A DNA stretch of 63,291 bases, the filler included, from Octopus bimaculoides (taxonomy: Eukaryota), in the NCBI RefSeq assembly GCF_001194135.2. It is 5 parts of 5 records of this genome, joined end to end, with 100 filler letters (N's around TTAATTAATTAA, not from the genome) between each part and the next. Parts side by side here need not be neighbours in the genome. Positions count along the whole stretch, not along the records: positions 8,153 to 29,409 come from NC_068996.1; positions 29,510 to 43,719 come from NC_068985.1; 3 more parts are not named here. One strand, given 5' to 3'. Positions 23,918-34,312 of this stretch are shown here, in pieces (within the stretch, counting starts at the first letter, position 1; each line of letters begins with the position of its first letter). Under the pieces are notes generated by a model, which saw only the letters and a program-made list of their open reading frames with translations, made no database searches and was not told the origin of the DNA. Both the position numbers and the translations under genes were made by a program.

Positions 23918-25611
23918 CACTGGTTTACAAAAATTTGTTTTGTTCTGAGGCAAGAATGTGAATAGATGTTTTCTTACTAATTTTGATGTGAATTCAATTT
24001 TCTGAACAGTTTTGCTCTATCACCTCTAGTTTTTTTATATTTTCACATATCCCATTTATTTATATTTCTACATATCCAATTTTAATTATACTGCATATAA
24101 ATTCAAAATATAATGTGTTTATTTCATCTATTACAAAAGCATATTACGGGGGAAAAACAGCATGGATACAGAACATTGATGGAACTAAATTATTTTGGTA
24201 ATAGAAAACACACAAATCATAATTCAGCAGACAGAAATGATTTTTTTTTTTTGACGATCTTGTGTACTTTACCTCCGGGGTGTCACGCAAGAGCATCCAG
24301 CAAAAGTTCCCCATCATGTTGGGGTTCCACTTGCCTTGATAGTTGCTCTTCATCTTAGTTATATCTTGGTGGAACCTTTCTCCATGCTCACCCTCCGAGC
24401 TCTGGGAGGAAGTTGGGGTTGGAGTGGAGAAAATGAATTTTGAGTGACATTCGGCATCCCCTTCGGCAGAGATTCCACTGGCCCTAGTTGTATTTGACAG
24501 TTTCCAAAAGGTGCTCCATATTGTCATACGACTCCTTCAGATGAACTGAGTAGGCAATGGGAATTCTGAGGTACTTATTCCCATTGTGCAGGAGCACAGC
24601 CTTTAGACTTCGCTTGGAAGAGTCTATGGAAAGACACCAATCTGAGGGATTGTGTGGGAAACCAAGGGAGGTAAACAAGCCAAAGACATTTGTGCAATAG
24701 CACAACCTGCTTTTCATCTCGAAGAATGAAGCAAAGTCCTGGTTCTGTGTTCGGAAACTGGTGATCCTTACATCTGCCTTGACCAGGTTCTACTGCTTAA
24801 GCCGGGATGCCAGGAGCTCTGACTGCTGCTTAGATACAAATCACGGGCAAAGTCATTCAAGTCTTCCTGCGTGATCCAGTGGGGCTCATTACCACTTGCT
24901 CCTGAATAAACAGACATTGTTTTTAGAAGAGATCGACTTGGCAGAATCTTCTTCTGGAGGCATTTCTCCATCTGATGAAGGAAGAAGATCTTTATTTGAT
25001 GGTGGTGTAGGGATAGGGAGATCATCTGAATGAGGAACAGGTCTCATAGCTGAGGGAATATTGGGATATTTGATCTTATTTCTAGAAGAAACATTGAAAC
25101 CTGCTATATTTGTTAGAAAAAAAATAACAATCATTTGCATGTGTTCATAGCTCTCTCCAGACCTCTGGGACAGCAAAGTTGAAGGCTGCTATCGTAGCAG
25201 GATTTACAACAGACATGTTGGGCCCAGGATTTGTCTTGATTTCCAATTATACAGTCAAAATAATGAAAGTAGTAAGCAGTTCTCAGGAGGGAAGTAATTG
25301 TTCGGCACTGTACGACTGTCGTGAAATTCCCCCACACATAGCAGAATGAATTTGCCTTGTTAATGCATCCTCGGTGTTTTGAAGTGTCTGAAGCCATAGT
25401 AGTGATATGTATCATATGTATCACGAAAATCTGGAAAACAAAATAAAAATTGACCATATATATGGTGTGAATTGTCACAAAATCATAATAATGTATATTT
25501 CAAAAACTAGAGGTGATGAGTGAAAACTGGTCTTGTATCTGAAATCAGCACCCCAAAATTAGGCTAGAACAACTATTTTAATGTTTGTCACAATTTCTCT
25601 GTAAACCAGTG
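23918..25611 (-). mobile_element. Chapaev3-type DNA transposon, internally deleted
   Basis: 12-bp TIR CACTGGTTTACA, exact 3-bp TSD TAA (23915-17, 25612-14), shared subterminal ATCACCTCTAGTTTTT. Transposase motifs CINKANSFCYVWG...DKSWAQHVCCKSC, IDSSKRSLKAVLLHNGN, MSLKIHFLHS, EHGERFHQDI...YQGKWNPNMMGNFCW. Confidence 0.85.
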
Positions 25612-26024
25612 TAATTTTGTCTTATTCATTAGACTTGTGTATGCTCAAACACAGCGGTGATAACTTTCTGAAATAGTGCTCTGAATATGTTATAGTATTA
25701 TAATGCAGTTAGAGAAAGTAATTTACTTTGCTGATGTAGTTTTTGTAGAGTAGTGAACATTTGTAAAAAAAAATTTTTCTCAACGTTTGTAAAAAAATAT
25801 TACTCATTGTACCCTACCCCGTATCCCGACAAATTCAGAAGCGCGTCCAAGATTCTCAAATATGACTTACAATGCACAACGATCAATAATACCGAAGGCT
25901 TTTGTAAGGTCCGCAAATACTTGATACAGTGGCACTCGTTGCTCAATGCATTTCTTTATAACTTGGAGAGCAGAGGGATCTTTCTGAATTGACGGCCACC
26001 ACTTTTCATTTATGTTTTATGTAG

Positions 26025-26646
26025 TGTTTTTGGTACCGAAACACTTTCAAACTTCGTATACTTGTATATTTTGTGTTATAGAACAGATAGAAAATTTTGT
26101 ATTCGAAGTTATTTCATGTAAAAAAATTGTCGTATTTCGATAATTTCAACCAATCACTGACGTCTATTGAGGTGAAAACAATTACTGCTGTGAATTGTGA
26201 ACACCACACGTTGTGCGGTGTAATGGGATATTTTCCCTTGAATAAAATTAGTGTCGTTGTTTGTCAACAACAGCTATCAGCGGTACTGTTATTTATAACA
26301 TCGTTCGTGCGTTTGTACTGGTTTTAATTTTAGGGTTCGGGTTTTAGAGTTAGGGTTAGGGTTATGATTATTTTTGCCATAACCTAACTCGTAGCCCTAA
26401 CCCTAACCCTAACCCTAGGGAATAACGATCTTGACACCGGCAAAAATTATTGTTTACAAAAACAGCAGTAACTGTATTCAGCTGAATAGACGTCAGTGAT
26501 TGGTTGAAATTACAGAAATACGACAATTTTAACATGAAATAACTTGCAATATATAAATTTTTGTTAAGAAGGCTAAGAAAAAAAGATGTTTTATATGACA
26601 CATTCTACCAGTATCCCAAGTTTGAAAGTGTTTCGTTAAGAAAACA
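26025..26646. mobile_element. Foldback element with long inverted arms and internal TTAGGG/CCCTAA repeats
   Basis: Arms CGAAACACTTTCAAACTT...CAACCAATCACTGACGTCTATT and AATAGACGTCAGTGATTGGTTG...AAGTTTGAAAGTGTTTCG. TTAGGG-like run at 26328-26364 faces a CCCTAA run at 26380-26416. Confidence 0.7.
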
Positions 26647-28659
26647 AGTGGTGCCCATCAATTCAGAAAGATCCGAGCAGAGAATATCATATCCATATTT
26701 TCCTACCAAGCCCCGAACCATACTAGGTCTCAGGGGCAACACCAGAGCAGATCCATTTTGTTAGGGTCATATGTGTGTGCGCATGTATCTTTTATCTTTT
26801 ACTTGTTTCAATTATTTGACTGCAGCCATGTTGGGGTACCGCCTTGAAGGATTTTAGTCGAACAAATCGGTCCAAAGACTTACTTTTGAAGTTTAGTTCT
26901 TATTCTATCGATTACTTTTATCAAACTGCTAGGTTACGGGGAACCAAACACAGCAACACGGGTTGTCAAACGGTGTGAGGGACAAACACAGACACAAAGA
27001 CATTCTTTGTGCACGTCCTCTTGTCTGGTACTATTAATTTATTGTTGGTTTATTTGAATTCGTCGGTCAGTTATGATAAAGACTGAAAAAAACCCCATTT
27101 TATTTCAGTCTTGATCGCAACTGTCCGACGAACGGGAACGTGAAACTCTGAGTCAGTTTTTTTGTGACGTTTTGAAGCTTTAATTAAAAAGCATATTACT
27201 CTCACCTTCTGTATTCGAGCACTATTTTTTTTGCACTTGTTTTGCATTTATTTGCTTACTCATGTGTGTGTGTATATGCGCTTGTATTATAAATTCATTT
27301 TATAATACATTTTATTATACAATCATAAACTCCATATGACAGATATAACGGTAAATTGTGATTAGACCATGCAACAGTATTCCACTCCCTTCTCCAAAAC
27401 ATAAATCAGTAAGAATCTTTCAGAGCCAAATTTCTTAGAATTTTAAAAACAAAATTGTATTAAAAACTCGTAATATTTCCTGTATACCTAATTCTAGAAT
27501 GGAAGCCGTCTTAGTCATTTAAAAGATTTCAATTGACACCTTTTTTGATGATAGAAACTAGAATGGGAGCCGTCTTAGTCAAAAGAAAGGATTATAAATA
27601 CAAGAAGACGGATGCAGCATGAAAAAAATTTAAGCTGTTATTTACAACGACGTATTTCCACTTGGTGAACGTTAAAAAAAAAATGTTACAAAAGATCTTT
27701 ACAGCCGATTGACAACAGCTGAAAGCTCTTTAACGCTAGTAAGGTCATGAATGACAAAACATCTCACATATTGAATACACGCTTCATTGGTCGTGTGGCC
27801 GGACATAGACTGCCCTGTCAATTAAACACCACTCCCTGAACAGAACTGATGGCCCTGTAAGTCAGGCGCCACTTGGGTGTCTTATCCAGATGAAATCGTC
27901 CAACACAGCAGGGAATCCACCTGCATTTCAACACTAGCCACTGACCAACAGGATGTTGGTAACAGTCTTCAATGTTGATCGAAAGTAATTAAAGTAAAGC
28001 CCTCAGATAATGACCCAAGCTGAACGACATCTTAAATGTTTTTTGCCCTCTCATCTGACAATCTATACACAGATGGCTTAAAAAGTAAAAGTTCCTTTCA
28101 ACTTGACTCGTTGATGCGTAGAGAGAGAGAGTGCCACTTGTAATGTTTGTAGGTGTGGAATGTTCTGACCACACAACCACACACACACACACACACACAT
28201 ACACACACACACACACACACATACACACACACACATACACACACATACACACACACACGCACAAACAAACGCGGCTCATCCTTCAAACAGTCAATGATCT
28301 CATGACAGCTAACACACTAAAATACAAATAGCTATAAAATTAATAATTTCTAACGTAGACACAAGGCCACATATTTGGGGGCGTGAGGTAGAGTTATACC
28401 ATTAAGTTGGTTCCAGTATTTGACTGGTACTTTATTTTATCGACCCAGATGAATGGGGTCTCGGTGGGATTTGAACGAAAATATCAAACCAACGAGCCCG
28501 GTTCTAGCATGGGTAGAAGATGACAAATTTTGGAGAGTTGTAGTTGATTGTATCAATTTCAGAACCGGATGGTGACTCATCCTATCGATTCCAGGAGAAA
28601 AAAAAATGAAGCTCAAATTGACCAAGGGTTCGATCTCCAAACGTTAAGATTCTTGACTA

Positions 28660-28810
28660 AATACCACAAACCTGTGTATTCTTGCAAATATCATGATCCC
28701 TTATAATTCCGCCTCCGCTAAAAATACATCGAGATGATGGTGGAGAAAGTGTCAAAATACAATGATTTGGTAGTGGAAATAAAAGGATGCTGGGCATGAA
28801 AGCGAAATTA
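28660..28810 (+). mobile_element. Possible R4/Dong-like restriction-like endonuclease C-terminal fragment
   Basis: LCILANIMIPYN...EKVSKYNDLVVEIK resembles the recalled R4 motif CLLIDVSIP.D...EKI.KY.DL..EI.R. Frameshifted. Confidence 0.35.
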
Positions 28811-29111
28811 GCAGCAGCAGCAATATTAATAATCCTTTCTACTATAGGCACAAGGCCTGAAATTTGGGGAATCCGGCAAGTCGATTACATCGACCCCAGT
28901 ATTCAACCGGTACTTATTTAATCGACCCCGAAAGGATGAAAGGCAAAGTCGATCTCAGCGGAATTTGGACTCAGAACGTAAAGAAGGACGAATTGCCGCT
29001 AAACAATTCGCCCGGCATGCTTACAACTCTGCCAGCTCGCCGCCTTAAAGTAAAGTAAATGCCGCAAAGCCTTTTTCTCGGCGTAAACGATTCTGCCAGC
29101 TCGCCACAGCA

Positions 29112-29210
<99 letters not shown>

Positions 29211-29214
29211 CAAA

Positions 29215-29409
29215 TAGATGAAGGAAGTCATACAGAAATCGACGCAACAGAAATCGACGCAACAGAACTACATGATCTAAAAAATCAAATCATGATTGAA
29301 TGGCTGAAAATTAAAGAAACTAGTATGAATGAACGCGACACTCTCCCCAAAATTCGCAATTCTAACCAAAACCTGAAAATAATTGGTAAAATCCGCCTTG
29401 CACTTAAGG
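29215..29409 (+). mobile_element. Possible R4/Dong-like non-LTR N-terminal fragment running into a gap
   Basis: Open frame ..QKLHDLKNQIMIEWLKIKETSMNERDTLPKIRNSNQNLKIIGKIRLALK starts just after an (AAT)n tract. The ER..LPKI motif is recalled from R4/Dong ORFs. Confidence 0.45.
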
Positions 29410-30134
29410 NNNNNNNNNNNNNNNNNNNNNNNNNNNNNNNNNNNNNNNNNNNNTTAATTAATTAANNNNNNNNNNNNNNNNNNNNNNNNNNNNNNNNNNN
29501 NNNNNNNNNGTGGTGGTGGTGGTGGTGGTGGTGGTGGTGGTGGTGCCGTCGGTGGTGGAGATGATGATATAGGTGATATCGGTGGTGGTGGTATCGAAGT
29601 AGGTTAGTACGCTACCTGGTTGTCATCTAATGCTATACCAATATACCAATTACTGTAACAGTAACGACATAAGACTTAACTGCCACCGCCACAATGAATA
29701 AATCCATACAAATTACCTGACTTTTGGCCAAACTCCGATTCATCATAGGACACATACGCGCACACACACACACTAATATACATGCATACATACATACATA
29801 TACACACACGCACGCACGCACATACATACACACACATACATGCATACATACATACATATGCACACATACGCACATACACATAAATACATTCACACACACA
29901 TACATACATACGTAAATACATTCACACATACACACACACACGTACATACATACATACATGCATACATACATACATGCATGCATACATACATACATACACG
30001 TAAACATGTAAATATGGTCAAGTTTCTTGTATGGCTGTGATGTGTTCGTGTGTGTGTGTGTGTGTGTGTGAACTTAAATGGATGAAAACAGCAAAAGAGA
30101 ATTCAATGCTTTCTGCCTATTAATAGGTGAATGC

Positions 30135-30167
<33 letters not shown>

Positions 30168-30319
30168 TGCGTGTGTGTTAGAGAGTGTGTGCGCGCATAG
30201 GTGTGAGAGAGAGTGAGTGTGTATGTGTGTGTGTGTGTGTGTGAATTCATACCCCAATTCGAGTAAAAAATGATGCGCAGGCAACGAAAGGTTTCATGTA
30301 CCATGCGCTTTATATGCAA

Positions 30320-30540
30320 CCCTTTCGTTACTGTATTTATTTTGAGATGCTCTGTGTTTCTTTCAGTTATTTTAAATATAACAGAGAATTTAGTAAAACA
30401 ACTTAGTTATCATTAGGCAAGTGTTAGGAGGATAAATTGTGACTAAGATTTGGTGGAAGATTTTGATTCAACATTTATGAAAACAAGACATTTGTACTAC
30501 AGAACCAGAGTCAGTTTCAGCCGGGTCGGTAACAAAAGGG
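30320..30540. mobile_element. piggyBac-type MITE
   Basis: TIRs CCCTTTCGTTAC / GTAACAAAAGGG, TTAA after the right end (left flank degenerate GCAA). Related partial copies at about 62070-62340. Confidence 0.6.
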
Positions 30541-31277
30541 TTAAACCTTATTTCTCCACGCACTTATAGGTTTTACGAAATTATACAAAGCCTATGTACG
30601 CATTTTCTACTTCTGTTAAGGTCAATAACTCTTCAATTGTAGATAGGAATATTCTCCCTTAACTACCTCTGACGCTCCAGTATTGGAGATACTGGAACAA
30701 ATTATGTAATTTTGTAGAAAAACGAACAATAGTTATGCTCTGTGACATTAGAGAAGTTGATACATCAAAAAAAGGCATAAAAGCAGTGGAGAAAGCGGAA
30801 GACGGACGTTGGGAAATAAATAAGGTAGAGGATGAGAGATGGAGAAAAGGCGAGAGAAGAAAGGCAACAAATATGAAGTCTAAAGAGTATAAATTTCAGA
30901 TATCTGCATCACTGATGTTTTAATCCTGTAAAAATGGTTTTATTCCCATTTCCATAACAAGTAGTTTTCAAAGAGTCTGCATTTCTCGAATATTTCTGAT
31001 CTGGTGTTTAAACTGGGGTGATTTATGGGAGAGAGGACACTTCTATAAAACATAACCTTGAAGTGGCTCGTAAATGTTACATGGGCATGTCGTAAAGGAA
31101 TTTAATAAATCATTTTTTATAATCATACATCTTCCTTTAGGTATATAGAAAAAAGAAATACACAAAAAAGGCTAGCTACATGTGGTAATTAAAAGAGAAC
31201 GCTTCAGACTAGAGTACTAAATTAGACCAAAGCCTTGTGAGTGGACTTGGTAGTTTCCAAAACTGAAAGAAGCCTGT

Positions 31278-31319
<42 letters not shown>

Positions 31320-31340
31320 AGACAATGTGTACGTACGCCG

Positions 31341-31376
<36 letters not shown>

Positions 31377-33388
31377 AATACAAAATGGGACAAGAACGCA
31401 AAACATCCAAACAGTTAGGTGACACAAGAAAGGGGCAACAAGACATCCAGATAGACGATACAAGGAAAACAAGGACAGGGTATTCGGAGTTTTCTTTCCT
31501 CAGTCGAGATCCAGATTATCTTTGCAATTTCGGCTGGTTATTCTCGATATTGCTCCAATCTGGCCAGCCCCTAGGAAAAACTAAGCTATGAGCATTAGAT
31601 TCCTTGGAAGAAAGCAGCGAATGCATACAAAAACAAGGACGGAAAAAAACGAACAATCATTTATTTATTGATATACGCAACTTTCCATGTAATTACATTT
31701 CTTACCCCTGCATTTGTTTATCTGCCTTTTCTGTTTCCATACCCTCCCGTCGAATATCATTTTTTTATAGCCGGCTTCTTATATCGGAGCTATCTGCCCT
31801 GCACCAAAGGCTGCAGTTTAGGTTTCAGATGTATTTAACCACTACCACGTGACTATACTATATATGTGCTTTTTAACGCTCTTCAACACACGTCTTAGAC
31901 CACCTTGGATTACTGCTTCTTTTTTATTGACCCCGAAAGGATGAAAGGCAAAGTTGACCATGTGTTTTTGAACGCAGAGCGTGAACAGTTAAAACAAATT
32001 ACTGCAAACATTCTATCCAATTCTCTGACAATTCGAAAAAATGGTTTAATAATTAACGTTTTTTTCTAAAAGAAAAAACAAGATATTTTTAGATTTCCCT
32101 TTCCTTGATTCTAAAACCATATTTAAACGGTATTTTGTCATCATGTCAGCTTGATTTAAGTTGAGTTGATGTTTTCTTTTCCAAAATTCTCTGAAATTCC
32201 TTGATCCTTTGACGCTTTTTTTAACTACCACTAATGATAAACAATGATGACGATAACGATAATGAAAAAAATATTAATTATGCTGATAATGATGATATCC
32301 TTATTGGGGCTGATAATGATGAGCGTTCGACCACAACAGCGGTAGCAGTGGTGGTGGTGGTGGCGGCGGTGACGGTGACGGTGGTGGCGGTGGTGGCGGC
32401 AGTGGCGACGGTGATGGCGATGGTGATGGCGACGGTGATGGCAATGGTGGTGGTGGTGGTGTCAAAGGCAATAGTGGTGGTTTGGAGAAAACTGATATTA
32501 ATCTTCGTTTTGCACCAATTTCGGACTGGTACTTATTTTATCGACCTCACAAGAGTCGTTAAGCAAAGTCAGCATAAACGTTGATGAAAGGGGGCATAAT
32601 TAATGAGAAAGCAAATACCACAAGGTATTTTTGTTAGACACTCCTATTTTTCCGCCCTCTATGCATAATATATGCTGATATGTGCGTGTGAGGGCGCGGG
32701 ACTTTGTGGTTAGGATGTTGGGCTAACAATCATATGATTGTGTGTTCTGTTCATGAACTGAGCGTTTTGTTATGAGTAAAGCGCTTCATTTCGTGTTACA
32801 ACAGTATACTCAACTAAAAATAAGTAACCCTCGGTGTAGCCCACTCTCTCTCCAGCTGTCATGTCATCGATGTTTCACGGCGTGAATGTTGAGAGAATTG
32901 AGAGGGTATCTGTGCTTACTCACAGCTATCTGTGCTTGCTCACCTCAAAAGACGGACGAAATACTGCTAAGCATTTTGTCCGGTGTGCTAAGATTCTGTC
33001 AGTTTGCTGCCTTACTAATAATAAGAAGATGCCTCTAGCACATAGCCGTGTTTTCAATCTAACATACTCCAAAAGAAAAGTTGTTACCCGTAACACAAAC
33101 ACACATATACTTACATACACAAGCCAATTACAAAAATTAACAGATGTGTTAATTAGATGGGAAAATACTAGTGGAAAATTAATCTGAATGTCGTTTAAGT
33201 CCCTGTCTCTTAGAGTTTTCACTTTCACGAGGAAAGGTGGATCGCTTGAAGTTGAATTTAGAGAAGGATAAAGGGAGGACATTAAGCAGTGGGCATTGTT
33301 ACATGTAAATACAGTCCTTATACCTGCTATAGTTTATCTACCTTTATCTTACACAGACTAACAATCCATACAAAAATAAAATTCTATA

Positions 33389-33830
33389 CAGGTCGTCGTC
33401 GACTTACGATCACAATTGGTTCCGACTGACTGGTCGTAAGTCGGTTTGGTCATAAGTCGGTCTATAGGCCTACATAGCTTTGTTTTATGTTTTTACATTC
33501 TCAAGGCACATTCTCAGGTAAAAGTCATACACAGCATTCTTTATTATACTATTATACTGGCATTAGTAAAAAGGCTGGGAATCTCAAGCAGTTATCTTAT
33601 AAACAAATACGAGGTTGCCTCGATGTCTCCGCGACAGGATATTCATCCAATACAGTGACGATCGATAACCAAACCTAGGGGAAGCATTTGTTAGCTGACA
33701 TCATCCGTAGACGAGTTAATTTCTAAGAAATTAAGCCCATTAGATTTCAACTGGAATATTTATTATTGTTGCCGGGATCTGGCGCGCCAATCGTCGTAAA
33801 GTCGATCGGTCGTAAGTCGACGACGACCCG
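33389..33830. mobile_element. Tigger/pogo-like MITE
   Basis: TA-flanked near-perfect TIRs CAGGTCGTCGTCGACTTACGA / TCGTAAGTCGACGACGACCCG, with subterminal GTCGTAAGTCG repeats. Confidence 0.8.
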
Positions 33831-34274
33831 TATTTCATTGTTCAGATCAGTCTTTGTGCAGAGACATGGGTCGATAATAAAATGCATTTTCTCACTTAGG
33901 AGAATTTTATGCAGCAGATAGTAAAACCNNNNNNNNNNNNNNNNNNNNNNNNNNNNNNNNNNNNNNNNNNNNNNNNNNNNNNNNNNNNNNNNNNNNNNNN
34001 NNNNNNNNNNNNNNNNNNNNNNNNNNNNNNNNNNNNNNNNNNNNNNNNNNNNNNNNNNNNNNNNNNNNNNNNNNNNNNNNNNNNNNNNNNNNNNNNNNNN
34101 NNNNNNNNNNNNNNNNNNNNNNNNNNNCCGATGAACAGAACAGCCTACTCGTGAAATTAACGTGCAAGTGGCTGAGCACTCCACAGATACACATACCCTT
34201 AACGTTGTTCTCAGGGAAATTCAGCGAGACACAAGGCTGGTTTACTTTTTTTATCCCCCTAAACTTGAAGATTA

Positions 34275-34312
<38 letters not shown>

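Noticed and set aside
26328-26416. Ancestral telomere-telomere chromosome fusion site
   Set aside because: The repeats are few, degenerate and sit symmetrically inside a long-armed foldback element, which is the simpler explanation.
27820-27990. Minus-strand AGGFPAVLDDFIWIRHPSG, weakly like a Harbinger nuclease motif
   Set aside because: Too short and degenerate, with no TIRs or further motifs.
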